Assembly: GCA_963777605.1 (NCBI GenBank)
Contig: CAVZRV010000029.1
Span: forward strand, 288,001 to 352,000
From: an uncultured Acidobacteriota bacterium
GTDB taxonomy: Bacteria; Acidobacteriota; UBA6911; RPQK01; JAPXNP01
Reading direction: 5' to 3'
DNA: 64,000 nucleotides
Part shown: in pieces, positions 30,636 to 43,000 of the stretch
Layout of the letters: each line of letters begins with the position of its first letter
How positions within the stretch are numbered: the first letter of the stretch is position 1
The notes under the pieces: model-generated
What the model was told of the DNA's origin: nothing
What the model saw: the letters and a program-made list of their open reading frames with translations, nothing else
The model's database searches: none
Program-made: the position numbers and the translations under genes

Positions 30636-31547
30636 CTAGACAGGGAAGCTGTCGCACTCTCTGTAAGCCGCCAACAAGGCCTTTTCCCCTTCGATTCCGG
30701 GGCGTGAAATTCCGTGTTCCATTCCCAGAATCCCGTTGTAGCGCTTCCCGTTGAGGTGCTTGAAGATATTCCGGTAATTGATTTCACCAGTCGTAGGTTC
30801 GTTGCGGCCGGGATTATCGCCGATTTGGAAATAGGCGATCTCGTCCCATCCACGATCCAGATTGGGAATCAGGTTTCCCTCGGTGACCTGCTGGTGGTAG
30901 AGATCATCCAAAATCTTGCATGATGGACTGCCAACGGCCCGGCAGATCTGGTACGCCTGGGCGATCTTGGTCAGGAACAGGCCGGGATGGTCCCGATAAG
31001 GGTTGAGAGGTTCCAGGACCATCACCAAGCCAGTCGGTTCACATATTTCAGCACACCGTTTCAGGTTCTCGATCACGTTGGCGGTTTGGTATGACCATTC
31101 CACGCCGGGGTCAAAGCATCCGCAGACGACGGTACACCACCTGGCGTTCACCCGCTTCGCAACCTCGACAGACTCCCGGATGTTCTTCAGGAATGGTTCC
31201 CGAATCTCAGGCTTGTCAGAGACGAAGGTCGTGTTCTTGAAGTCCGCGGTCGCCACGAAAACTCCCATCTCCAGATTGAGGCGGGACATTGCCGCGGCGA
31301 TCCGCTCCTGCTCTGCAACTGGACGTCCCCGCATGCCGTTGTCTTCGAAAGCCCGGAACCCCTGGTCGGCTGCAAACTTAAGCTGATCCACCAGGTCCGG
31401 TCCGGCATGGTGCCTGAACATGCCGAAGTGCGGGGCATACTTCAGTTTAAACTGACCTGCTGCTGGGGCGCTTGAGCCGCCGAGACTGATTCCACTCGCC
31501 CCGGCTGCCGCCAGAGCTCCGGATCCGATAAACCGTCGTCTGTTCAT
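30636..31547 (-). CDS. Tat-exported hydroxypyruvate isomerase-family TIM-barrel protein
   Basis: MNRRRFIG Tat signal; KYAPHFGMF, LEPLN, DLYHQQ, DNPGRNEPTTGEINY and GMEH. Confidence 0.9.
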   Translation of the reverse strand: MNRRRFIGSGALAAAGASGISLGGSSAPAAGQFKLKYAPHFGMFRHHAGPDLVDQLKFAADQGFRAFEDNGMRGRPVAEQERIAAAMSRLNLEMGVFVATADFKNTTFVSDKPEIREPFLKNIRESVEVAKRVNARWCTVVCGCFDPGVEWSYQTANVIENLKRCAEICEPTGLVMVLEPLNPYRDHPGLFLTKIAQAYQICRAVGSPSCKILDDLYHQQVTEGNLIPNLDRGWDEIAYFQIGDNPGRNEPTTGEINYRNIFKHLNGKRYNGILGMEHGISRPGIEGEKALLAAYRECDSFPV

Positions 31548-31553
31548 TCGGTG

Positions 31554-32955
31554 CTAGCTCTTCCCCATCACGATGAGAACGTTCTTGGCGTTATTCAGGT
31601 TAGTCTCATCCTTGCCCATTTCGATGTACTTCTCAAGCATCGTCTTGGCACGAACCTTGTCGTTGAGCTCATAGAAGTAATCCATTCCCAACTGGTAGTA
31701 GGCTTCGGCAAAGTTCGGGTTTACCTGGAGCACCTTCTCAAACACCATCCGGGCCTGGGCCTGCTTACCCTTACGCACGAACTCCTGTCCGAGGTCGAAC
31801 AGTCCCTGATCGACCGGCTCGCCCTTCATTTCAAGAACCTTCTGCCTGGCATCGATCGCCTCTGGGTACTTTTCCAGGGCGAGGTACGCCGTGGTCATCT
31901 CTTCCCAAAGGACCTGGTGATACTGCTTGTCGATATCCTGGAGGGCGACCTTCGCTTTTTCGATCGCCTCGGCGGGCTTGCCGTCCTTGATCAGTTCCTG
32001 GACGGTGACCACCCTGGCCTTCTCGGCGTTCTTGGCCCGGCCGGCCTGGACCTCGGCAATCCTGGTCTTGAGATCCTTGAAGGCCTGGTCGTCCGGGTTG
32101 AGGGCGATTGCCTTGTCGAGGGCCTGCGTCGGCTTCTTCCAGCTTGTTCAGGCGAGTCAGGTTGATAGCCAGATTGAAATAGACTGCCGCGTTGTTGGGC
32201 TGAATTTCAGCCATCTTCCGCAGTCCTTCGATCGCCTTGTCAAACTGTTGGGCTTTCATGGCCTGGTCGATTTCGGCCGCCAGCTTGCGCAGTGGAATCA
32301 TGTCGATCTGCTGCTGAATCTCCTTGGCCTGCCGCGAGAAGACCGGGTTGGAAGGATCTTCCGTCTTTTCGTAGAGATTGAGCAGTTCGATCGCCTTCTT
32401 GAACGCCGTCTCCGCCTCGTCCCACTTCGACTCCATGCTGTAGACGAGCCCCAGGTTGTAGTAGGCATTGGGCTCCGAAGGGTTGATCTCGATGGACTGG
32501 CTCAAGCTGTTCTCAGCGGTGTCGAACTGGTGGTTCTGGTAGGCCTGGGCTCCCTGTTGAAGCAGCACCTGGGCCTTGTGGATGAGATCCTGGTCTTCGA
32601 AATAGAGCTTTGCTTCGGCGTCGCCAGGCTCAAAAGTCAAGGTCAGGTCCTTGGTCACTCCGCCCTCGAGAGTCACATATTCATGGAAACTGGGCGCAAA
32701 TCCTTCCTGGTGGGCCCAAACCCGGTAGAAGTCGTTGGCCAGCTTCTTGAACGTTGCCACGCCCTTCTTGTCGGATTTTTCATCGGTCGTCTTGTTCAGG
32801 CCGAGCCCCTGAACGTAGACCTTGACTTTACCGATCGGTTTGCCCGTGTTGTCGACGCATTTGACGATTAGGGTATTGGAATCTGCTGCAAGCGTGTACA
32901 CCGACAGCAATAGCGCTAGAAAAAAGGTTCTAATAATCAGACTTGCGATTCTCAT
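31554..32955 (-). CDS. Secreted carboxypeptidase-regulatory-like domain + TPR protein, apparent frameshift at ~32125
   Basis: Signal peptide, prealbumin-like N-domain (VDNTGKPI...KSDKKG) and TPRs (AYYNLG, VYFNLA, AYYQLG). Removing one G restores EEADAALDKAIALNPDD and joins ORF 31554..32012. Confidence 0.85.
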
Positions 32956-33151
32956 CGGACCTTCCCGGACAAGGCTGCATTCTCTGCAGCGCAGTTAGCT
33001 ACACCTGCCCACGCGGGCACCACAAGCCCCAAGGTTATCGTTTTTTCCCAAATCCTCGCAACATCGTTGGCTCAACTTCCGATCTCAACACGAGAGCGGG
33101 AACCAACATGGGTCGTGACGTGGACGTCCCGATCGGATAAAATCGCTGACC

Positions 33152-34813
33152 ATGAGGTCAATCGCCCGCTGTCCGCGTGTGCCTTTAAGGTTGACGATTC
33201 TTTGGACTGGTGCTCTCGCTCTGTTACTCGCTCCCGGTTTTCTTAAGGCGCAGAACTCAAAGGAAGACAGTCTCCGCCAGGAGGAAAAGCAGGACTATTA
33301 CTCCAAGTGGCTCAAGGAAGATGTTGTCTACATCATTTCTGAAGAGGAACGAGACGTTTTCAAGTCTCTCACCACCGATGAGGAAAAGGAGAACTTCATA
33401 GAGCAATTCTGGCGCCGGCGTGACCCCGACCTGAAAACGGCCCAGAACGAGTTCAAGGAAGAGCATTACCGGCGCATCGCCTACGCCAACGAGCGCTTCA
33501 CCAGCGGAAAGCCGGGTTGGAAGACCGACCGGGGACGTGTCTACATCATTCATGGGCCTCCGACTGAGATCACCGAGAACACCGGTGGTACATACGACCG
33601 CGCCCTTTACGAGGGCGGGGGGACGACGACGACGCTTCCATTCCAGGTCTGGCGCTATCGTGAGGTGCAGGGCCTTGGAGGGGACATCGAACTGGAATTT
33701 GTCGACAGTACCCTGACCGGTGACTATCATCTGACCAGCGATCCCTGGGAGAAGGACGCTTTCAATCACGTTCCGGGCATCGGATTGACTCTCGCCGAGG
33801 AGCGGAAGATGGTCACGAAGGGTGCCCGCTTTTATCAGGACAACCAGGGCGATTATTACCCGTTGATGGCTTTGCGGTCGAAGGATCGCCCCTTTGAACG
33901 GCTGGAACGTTATTCCGGGATCATGAGACCCCTTGAGATAAAGTACAAGGATCTCAAGGAGTCGGTTGACGTCAACATTGGGTACAGTTCACTGCCGTTT
34001 CAGGTCCACCAGTTTAATTTTCGCCTCAATGAGCACAGCTGCATCGTTCCGGTGACCCTCGAAGTGTCGAATCGAAACCTCACCTTCAATGAAGAGAACG
34101 GGGTATACCGGGCCAAGTTGGCGATTTACGGTGCCGTGACAGGATTGGGCAACGAGATCATCAAGGAGTTCGAAGACGACCTGGTGATCAATTTTCCTCC
34201 TGAGCAACTGGAAGCCGGACGGATGGGTACGTCGATGTTCCAGAAAGTGCTCATCCTCGAAAAGGCGCGACGCGTTAAGCTGGATCTTGTCCTGAAAGAC
34301 ACGAACAGCGGAAATGTTGGGGTCGTCACCAAGGCGCTGACCCCACCCGATTATGGTGAGGAGGATCTCCAGCCCAGTTCGATGATCCTGTCGGATACCA
34401 TCGTTCCCCTGAAGTCGATCCCGGACACGGACTCTCCATTTGTGCTGGGTGACCTGAAGGTGCGCCCGCGACTTGATCACGTCTTCCGGACGGACAAACT
34501 GCTGGCCGTCTACTTCCAACTTTACAATGCCGGGCTGGATCAGCAGACGATGAGCCCCTCCCTGAAGGTGACGTACCGCCTCCTGCAGGGGGGACGGGAA
34601 CTCATGAAGATCGAGGATGACGATGGCGAATCGATCCAGTTCTTTTCTTCACAGAGGGTTGTTCTGGTTCGCGCATTCTCACCCAAGTTACTCGGAGTCG
34701 GAAAGTACCGGCTGCTCATCGACGTCCAGGACAAGATCAAGAACGAATCGGCGATTCTTTCCGATGAATTTGAAGTGGTTGCGGCAAGCGGTTCAACGGT
34801 TGCCAGTAATTAG
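33152..34813 (+). CDS. GWxTD domain-containing protein
   Basis: Signal peptide; KWLKEDVVYIISEEE...FWRRRDP...EEHYRRIAYANERF...GWKTDRGRVYIIHGPP. Confidence 0.93.
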   Translation: MRSIARCPRVPLRLTILWTGALALLLAPGFLKAQNSKEDSLRQEEKQDYYSKWLKEDVVYIISEEERDVFKSLTTDEEKENFIEQFWRRRDPDLKTAQNEFKEEHYRRIAYANERFTSGKPGWKTDRGRVYIIHGPPTEITENTGGTYDRALYEGGGTTTTLPFQVWRYREVQGLGGDIELEFVDSTLTGDYHLTSDPWEKDAFNHVPGIGLTLAEERKMVTKGARFYQDNQGDYYPLMALRSKDRPFERLERYSGIMRPLEIKYKDLKESVDVNIGYSSLPFQVHQFNFRLNEHSCIVPVTLEVSNRNLTFNEENGVYRAKLAIYGAVTGLGNEIIKEFEDDLVINFPPEQLEAGRMGTSMFQKVLILEKARRVKLDLVLKDTNSGNVGVVTKALTPPDYGEEDLQPSSMILSDTIVPLKSIPDTDSPFVLGDLKVRPRLDHVFRTDKLLAVYFQLYNAGLDQQTMSPSLKVTYRLLQGGRELMKIEDDDGESIQFFSSQRVVLVRAFSPKLLGVGKYRLLIDVQDKIKNESAILSDEFEVVAASGSTVASN

Positions 34814-35650
34814 CTCGACGCAGCGCGCAGGCCTGGCCATTGTCGTGGTCCTGGTCTTTCCGGTTTTCCTGCTGGGGGCTCAGGTGGATCCCGCAGGGTT
34901 CCAGGCTGCAGTTGTGGAGGCGGGGAATCTCCTGCAAGCCCAACGGTACCAGGAAGCGGCTGCAATCATGGAGAGACTCCGGGAGGAGGGGCACAGCAGT
35001 GCCCTGCTCAGTTCTACGCTCGGCCTGGCCTACCAGGGTCTGGGTCGGTACTCCGAGGCAATTATTCAGTTTCGGAAGTCACTGGAACTGGATCCCGATC
35101 AACCCAAAACGAGAGTTGTGCTGGGTACCAACCTGCTGCTGACCGGGCAGACCCAGGAGGCAATCCGGGAACTCGAGGACGCATCGAGGAAACTTTCTGA
35201 CGACGTGACCGTGATGGAGGTGCTTGCCCGCGCATATTTGCAGTCAGGCCGGTTGCTTAATGCCGCGATCACCTACCAGAGGCTGTCGGAAATCCGCTCC
35301 GACGATCCTGAGATTGCCTACCACCTCGGGCAGATCTACCTGGAGTTGACCGAGTGGTCTTCCGCAAAGCTGGTTGAGCAGGGGGGGGATTCGCCCCGGG
35401 TCCACCAGGCCGCGGGGCAGACCAGCCTCATGAAGGGAGACTTGGAGAGCGCCGCGCAGGCCTTCAAGCAGGCTATCAGACTCGCCCCCGATATGCCCGA
35501 TCTCCACCTCTCGCTGGCGAGTGTCTACATGCGGCAAGGCAAGCTTATCGAGGCCCTGGAAGCCGTCGAAGCAGAGTTGAAGATCGTTCCTGTAAATGTC
35601 GGAGCGCAGCAGCTCAAGGCCCGGCTGGAGCAGGAAACCGAGGGAGTGAT
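34800..35650 (+). CDS. Secreted TPR protein (true stop probably TGA 35648-35650; the ORF as read runs to 35831)
   Basis: TTG 34800 overlaps the GWxTD stop and gives a signal peptide; TPRs LGLAYQGLGRY...; the downstream extension consists of intergenic-type repeats. Confidence 0.8.
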
Positions 35651-35684
35651 CTTCGATTTTCGATTTGCCTTGACCCGCCCAACT

Positions 35685-35752
35685 TGGAGTGGGGAACCGG
35701 GAGCTTCCGCTTTGACCTCCAGAGACGACCGCCAGGAAAGCGAAAGCATTCC
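35685..35752 (+). repeat. REP-like family B unit (degenerate)
   Basis: TGGAGTGGGGAACCGGGAGCTTCCGCTTT...GGAAAGCGAAAGCATTCC, similar to the unit starting at 43696. Confidence 0.65.
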
Positions 35753-35808
35753 CCCTCTATGGGCGGAACTTTCGCGGGAAACGATCATCGAAGCTCGCTT
35801 CGGCCCCG

Positions 35809-35864
35809 GAGCATGGAACGTGGAACTTTGAACCCGAAACCAGAAACCCGAAACCCGAAACCCA
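35809..35864. repeat. Heptamer tandem repeat x8
   Basis: GAGCATG GAACGTG GAACTTT GAACCCG AAACCAG AAACCCG AAACCCG AAACCCA. Confidence 0.85.
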
Positions 35865-35867
35865 GGC

Positions 35868-36864
35868 TACGGCTTTCCCTGCGCGGCTGGTCCTGCGCTG
35901 CTTTGAGTTCCTGGTATTTGGCCACAGCCTGGGCAGCGCCGTCGGTGTCGCCGAGGCGGCGGAGGACGCGGGCAAGAACCCAGTAAGGATCAGGGTTGTC
36001 CGGGTCAAGAGTCGAGGCCTTCCGAAGTTCTACCGCCGACTCGGAATAGCGTTCGAGCTTCTCCAGGGCCATCCCGAGGCGGTAGTGGGCGACCGCGAAG
36101 TCGGGATCGATCTTGATCGCTTCCATCAGGTAGCCCTCGGCTTCCTGGGGTTCCCCCGTCTGGATGAGGTAGGCACCCAGGTTCAAGTAGGGCCAGGCCC
36201 AGGGCTGTGGCTGCGCGGATGTCAACTCGATCGCCTTCTTGTAGTAGGTCACAGCCTGTTCTTTCTGATCGAGCCTTTCGTAGCAGAGACCCAGCCGGTC
36301 ATAAGCCCGGATGAAATCCGGGTGTTTTTCGACAATTGCGAGGAGCTGTTTGAGGGCAGGTTCGTAGTTGCCCTGGTCGAAATCGATTCGGGCGAGCCAG
36401 TAGTTGTAGAGCGGGTTGTCCGGGGCAACGGAAGCAAGTTTCTCGAGTTCGGGGCGAGCCCAGTCGGGCCTGCCCAGCAGGACATAGGACATGGCGAGAG
36501 TGAAGCGGTTGCCATTATCGAGCGGTTCGAAGTTCTCGGCTTTCTTGTAAGCGATAGCAGCGTTCAGGTACTTCTGATCGGCAAAGAAGACTCCACCCAG
36601 ATAACAGAGCAGTTCGAACGTCGGAGCTTCGGTATTACCCTGGATCTCGTTGACGAGAAGTTGTTCCGCCTTGGCAAGGTCCTTCTTGCTGATGGCGTCT
36701 TCGATCTCGAAGCGCAGGGTGGGGTCGATTCGGTTGCCGAGTTTCATCTGGTCCGGCGAAACGAGCGGAGGAGAATCGTCCCCCGAGCCGGTTTGAGCCG
36801 CCAGTGGGCAAATGGTGGACACCAGGGAGAGCAGCAGAAGAAGGCAAAGAGCGGTTTGTTTCAT
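35868..36864 (-). CDS. Secreted TPR protein (true stop probably TAG at 35868-35870; the ORF as read runs to 35785)
   Basis: Signal peptide MKQTALCLLLLL...; TPRs AYDRLGLCY, PYLNLG, AHYRLG. The last ~28 aa merely translate the heptamer repeat. Confidence 0.85.
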
Positions 36865-37055
36865 GACAAATGCGAAGGTTGTGGATCGAAGCGCCGATCC
36901 GCCCCAGACCGAAGTCTAAAGCATAAACGATCCCGTGAACTTGGGCCGGCTTTCAGTGTACTGAAGACCGGTCCGGAGACACAAATGGCGATCGCTTGAG
37001 CTTGATGGTGAAACGGCGGTTTTGTTACCGTGGGTTTACGCGGATGGGACGAATC

Positions 37056-38697
37056 ATGCGACACGGATACCGGACGGTTCGAGTCCTCCTGCTCAGCGGG
37101 ATGGTTCTCTTGTTTGCTTGTCCTGTCTTGGCTCAGGCTGGCGCGGACCCGGTGGCAAAGCAGTTGATCGCAATTCAGTCGAATCTTTCGGGCGGCGATC
37201 TCAAGGTGGCCGCCGCTGCGCTTTCCGGACTGGCCGGGCAGTACCCCAACGACCCTCGGATCTTCAACTTCCAGGGAGTTGTGTTTGCCCGGTTGGGTGA
37301 CTACGCGTCCGCAGAAAAGGCCTTTCGGCAGTGCGGTGCAGCTGGCTCCCGGGTTCGTGGGGGCACTCCTGAACCTGGGGCGCCTTTACCAGGAGAACGC
37401 TGCAAAGGACGCCGCCGCCGTTGAGAAGGCGATTCCCGTTTACCGGCAGGCCATCCAGGCTGCACCGGGCGCGGTCGAGCCTGTCTACCAGTTGAGCCGT
37501 CTTCTCTATGACAAGGGGGAGTACGCGGACTCTCTCGATTCGTTGCGGGGGTTACCCGCAGATGCCCGCCAGGAGAAGTCGGCCTGGATCCTGGAGTGTG
37601 GAAACCTGATGGCATTGGGTCGCCAGCCCGATTCGGACCGATGTGTCGGCCGTATTCTCGGCGCTGCCGGCGTCTCAGAGCCGGATCTGGACGTGGTCTT
37701 TCCGGGGCTCCGCGCGGCAGGTCGAGTGGAAGAACTCAAGAAGCTGCTCATGGGGCTCGAGCGAGAGGGAAAGCTCTCCATACCTGGAACCGAAAGCCTG
37801 GCATTTATTCTCGATCGGCAGGGTGACTACCAGCAGGCCCGAGAACTCCTCGGTACGCTTGCGGGCAGGCACCCCAACCTCCCTGCGCTGCTGGTCGAGA
37901 TGGCCTGGATTTCATACCGGAATCACGATTACGAGAGTGCCTTGAGCTACCTCGCCCATGCCCGGGACCTCAACCCGAACGATCCACGGATTCACCTCTT
38001 CTTTGGCATGACCTGTGTCGAGATGAACCTGAGCGTTGATGCGCTGGCGTCGATGGAAAAGGCGGTCTCTCTCGACCCTGACAACCCGTTCAGTAATTAC
38101 GTGCTGGGCGCGACGGTGATGAAGTGGCGGGAACCGGCGGAGGCGATACCTTACCTGAAGAAGTACACTGACGCGCGACCCGACGATCCGAAGGGACAGG
38201 CAACCCTTGGAGAAGCTTACTTTCTGAACAAGGAATACCAGCGAGCACGGACTACCCTGGCTCCGCTGGTTTCGGACCCGGACACGGAAATCATGGCGCA
38301 TTTCTATCTGGGCGTCATCGACCGGCTCGAGCAGAACTTCGATTCCTCTCTGATACACCTGAAAAGAGTGATCGAACTCAAGCCGGACCATCCTGACGCC
38401 CTTGCCGAACTGGGTGCCCTTTATACGCGGCTCAAGGAATACGAAAAAGCAACCGAAGCGCTGAATCGCGCGCTGGAATTGGATCCCGACCATTACCAGG
38501 CCAACTTCAACTTGCTCACCCTCTACTCGCGCACGCGGGATGAGCGTTACGCGGCACAAAAGGACCGCTTTGAAAAGATCAAGGAAGAGCGCTGGCAGAG
38601 CCTGACCGATTCACTGCGAACGGTTGAGGTCGTTCCTCACCAGGTCTTTCCGGAGTTGTTGTTCCCCGGGTACGCTCGATCGGATGGAAGCCAATGA
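37056..38697 (+). CDS. Secreted TPR protein, apparent +1 frameshift at ~37332
   Basis: The signal-peptide ORF (…37424) joins TPR ORF 37279..38697 as AFRQ/AVQLAP when one T is removed. Confidence 0.82.
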
Positions 38698-38733
38698 ACG
38701 GGCGCTGTCTCTGATCCTCCTTTTGCGATTCTG

Positions 38734-39610
38734 AAAATGGTTCTCACTGGTTCTTCTCGTTCTGCTGGCCGGACTGGCTTTGGACTTGGCCGCACAAGGG
38801 ACACTGCTCGAGCAGGGAAGGGATGCTTTTTATTCGGGGAACCTGCCGCGCTCCCGAGAACTCCTGGAAGGCTATCTCCGGATCGAACCCGCGAGCCTGG
38901 AAGCTCGGCTTTACCTGGCCCGGGCACTGGTTGGGCTGCAACGGAACGATCAGGCACTGAGTCAGCTCAACCTTGTACTCGAGCGGGACCCGGAGAACGA
39001 TGATGCCCTTTTCTTTTTGAGCACCCTCTCGGCGGCGCTTTCCCAGAAGGAGTTCTCCCGGCTTTACAGGCTGGCCCCAAATTCGGCGCGGGTTCACCAG
39101 TTAATGGGGCAGTCACTGAGTCTCCGCGAGGAGTACGAGCAGGCGGCCACGGAGTTCCGTAAAGCGATCGAAGTGGATCCGACAATTCAGGAAGTCTACA
39201 CGGCGTTAGGGGATGCCGAGCGGAGCCTGGGGCGCCTCGACCAGGCCTCTGAACACTACCGGCGCGCCATCGAGATGAGGCCTGGCGACTATCGGGCGGT
39301 TTATGGACTGGGTGTCTGCTTCCGGTTTCAGGATGAACTGGACCAGGCCGAGGCGCAGTTTCGCAAGACGATCCAGATCGCCCCGGGTTACGCTCCTGCT
39401 TCGCTGGCTCTCGGACAGGTGCTGATTCGAAAGGGCAAGTTCGAAGAGGCGATTCCTTCCCTTCAGGATGCCATCAAGCTGGAGCCGAATATGGACCAGG
39501 CCTACTTCCAGTTGGGGCGGGCTTATCAACAACTGGGGCGCACCGAAGAAGCTCGGGAGGCGTTTGAAAAAGGTCGTCGTCTGCAGGCGAAAAATGCTTC
39601 CCTTTTCTGA
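38734..39610 (+). CDS. Secreted TPR protein (start codon unclear)
   Basis: In-frame KWFSLVLLVLLAGLALDLAAQ signal-like segment upstream of ORF 38780; TPRs VYTALG, VYGLG, AYFQLGRAY. Confidence 0.85.
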
Positions 39611-40086
39611 CTGTATCGGTGTTTCGCTACTTGAGACTCCGGTTTCAGTGCCCATCCCGGATCTTGACTCCATCCCGCGGTTCCGGCCTCCGGCAACGCT
39701 TCCGGTGACTCACCGTCGTCGGGAGCCGCGCTCGCTGACACTCGCGTTCTGAAATCGGGGTATCCAGGATCCAGCCGAGAGCCACGGCTTCTGAGTTCCA
39801 CCGATCGCCCGAGTCTCCGTCCAGATGCATCCAATTCGTCCATGTCTTTCAACTCATCCAAATGAAGTGTCAAGTCAATTGCTTCGCCAGGTTACGCTCT
39901 CTGCCAATTCGTGTCTCCATCGGCTCGCATCAGCTCCTCCGTTCGGGCTGTTCGGGGCGAAAAATCCTTTGTTCGCCGACAAAAAGTTCGTTGCAATTGT
40001 CATGCACCGATGTTAAAAACGATGGATAGCGCAATGGGGGTTGCGCTAGTGTGTGGTGGTTTATTTCATTCTTTAGGAGGGGCTAT

Positions 40087-43000
40087 ATGCAAAACCGAAC
40101 GTTCGTTCGTGCGGGCGTTCTCCTTGCTGCATTTCTCCTGTTGAGTCCCACCCTTAGTTTTGCTCAGACTATCAACGCATCACTCAGCGGTGCTGTCACC
40201 GACAGCACGGGCGGTGTGGTGCCTGGAGTCGAACTGGACCTGACGAGCCAGGAAACAGGCGCGAGAGCGACCTACATCTCGGATGATCAGGGCCGGTTTT
40301 CATTCCAGAATTTGACACCTGGGACGTATGATTTAAGGGCGACTCTCACAGGCTTCAAGGAGTATGTCCAAAGCGGCATTGAGCTGAACATCAACCAAAA
40401 GGCCCGGCTCAATGTAATTCTTCAGGTTGGAGAGGTGACTGAAACGGTTGAAGTCGTCGGTCAACCTTCCCAGCTCAATTTCGAGAACGCAACCCGCGAA
40501 GAGGGTATCAGTCCTGAAACCCTGCAGACGCTTCCGCTGCTGTTCAATTCCGGGCCGCGTTCTTCGGCAAGTTTCGCAATCTTGATGCCCGGTGTTGCGA
40601 CCGGCGCGACCAACAGCGCTTACGATTCCCGAATCAACGGCGGATTGGTTTCCGGTGACGAAGCAATCGTGGATGGTGTCTCCATGCAGCAGGGCACGAT
40701 GAGCCAGAGCGGCATGATCTCCATCAACCAGGACTTCCCCTACTCTCCTGACATGGTCAGTGAGATCAAGGTCCTGACTTCCAACTACGAACCCCAGTAC
40801 GGGGGGACGGCTGGAGCGACGATCATTGCCGAAACCAAGGCCGGTACAGGAGAGTTCCATGGTTCCGGGTTCTGGTATCACCGGAATTCGGCTTTGAACG
40901 CCGCTGCGTTCGACCAGCAGAAATCTTTCCAGTTGCAGCACAACATGGGCTTCAACGTCGGTGGTCCGGTAAAGCTCCCCGGCATTTGGAGCGACAAGGT
41001 CAAGACCTACTTCTATTTCAACCACGAACAGTGGCGGATCAACGGCGGCGCCAGCTCGAACCGGATCAGCATCCCCTCGTTGAAGAACCGTCAGGGAGAT
41101 TTCAGCGACTGGATTGATTCGTCGACCGGAAACCTGATCCCGGTATACGATCCTGATACTCTTCGGGCGAACCCGAACTACGATCCCACCCAGGCCGCAG
41201 GGGTGAATAACCTTCCTTACCTGCGGGATCAGTTCCCGGGCAATATCATTCCTCAAGATCGTTGGGCAAATTCTTTTGCCCTCTCTTATTTCAGGTACCT
41301 GCCCGATCCGACGAGACCTGGCGCTTTGCTCAATTATGATGCGCCTCCGGTCCCGGACATCATTCTCGCCAACACGAAGTATTACTTCTATCGGATTGAT
41401 ACCAACATCGGCGAAAAAGATCAGCTCTACTGGTCTTCGTGGAGCCAGTGGGCCCCGAAGAATACGGCAACCGCGCTGCCCGTCCAGTTGGCCAACAATA
41501 CCTACACCGACCCCCAGAATTCGTGGGTAAACCGGTTGAACTGGACGCATACCTTCTCGCCCAACTTGATCAACCACTTCGCGATCGGCTACCTGAACCG
41601 GAATGAAGGGTACGGATCGATCAATGAAGCCTACATTGACGACTTCCCCAAGATTCCGGGTGTGGCGGCCTATACCCACGTCCCGGTGATCAACTTCAGT
41701 GACGGTTACGAGAGTTACTCGACCACAAATGGTTTCGGTCCCCCGAACACGACGACCCGTCCGACGGTTGTCGGCAACACGCTGACGACCTGGGTCAAAG
41801 GGGATCACACCTTCAAGTTCGGTGCCGAGTACCGTGATCTGGGACAGAACTTTCACGATGCCACCAATCAGGCCGGGTCCTACTCGTTCAACCGGGGCAC
41901 AACGGGCCTCTTTCTTGCCGGTCAGGCCGGTAACCCCGTCGCCAGCTTCCTGCTGGAGCAGGTGGGCAGCGGAAACGTGACGTTCCGTTCGGTCGATGCG
42001 TGGTACGTTCGCCAGAAGGCGCTCGCCTTCTACGGCGGCGACACCTGGAAGATGACGCCCAAGCTGACCCTCAACTATGGTCTGCGGTGGGATGTTTTCA
42101 CGCCGGCAGTTGAGACCCGGAACAACTCGTCGTTCTTTGATCCGACCCTGGCCAATCCGGCTGCGGGAGGATTGTTGGGTGGCCTGGCGTTTGCCGACGA
42201 ATTCGAGCAGCGCACCGGCCGCAACCATCCGGAGAAGACCTGGAAAGGTGGTTGGGCGCCCCGAATCGGAATCGCCTATGCCTGGGATGACAAGACGGTC
42301 ATTCGGACCGGTTACGGCATCTTCTTTCACCAGGCCTATTGCCCCGGTTGGGGTGGTTGTACGAGTCTGGACGGCTACAACGCCAACCCCAGCTTCAGCT
42401 CGACCAACAACGGCATGGTGGCCGCGTTCGTCCTGAGCGAGGGCTTCCCTCAGAACTTCGAGCGGCCGCCTTTCCTTGAGCCGGGCTATCAAAACGGACA
42501 GGGGATTTATTACCGGCCCTTTGATGCCAACGAGCGCGCCTACTCTCAGCAGTGGAACCTGACGGTGGAACGGGAGTTGGTGCAGGACATGATGCTCAGT
42601 GTGGGATATGTCGGCAACACGGCGATTCACCTTCCGTCAGCAATGGCTCCGCCAAACGTTCTGAATCCCAGCCTCCTTTCGCAGGGCGTCGCACTCGACG
42701 CCATCTTCCAGCCGGGTATGACAGAGCTCAATGGTGCGGCCATCCCTTATGATGGATGGATCGAGCAGATGACGGGTTGCGATCCGTCGGTTGCTCAGGC
42801 ACTGCTGCCTTACCCGCAGTACTGCGGATCGATCCAGGGCATCGATGAGAATGCCGGAAATTCCAGCTACCATTCTCTGCAGCTGAAGGTGGACAAGCGG
42901 TTCACTCAGGGCACGTTCCTGCTGGTTTCTTATACCTGGTCCAAGTTGATCACGACCAGCCAGCAGACCAACGAGCCCACCTCGGGGACCTGGAGCGGTC

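Noticed and set aside
35651-35867. Apparent overlapping C-termini of two convergent TPR ORFs
   Set aside because: The extensions translate intergenic heptamer and REP repeats; better explained by indels just before the true stop codons.
39526-39873. Minus-strand ORF MTLHLDELKDMDELDA...
   Set aside because: Its periodic sequence derives from a 9-nt DNA repeat and it overlaps the end of a TPR gene.
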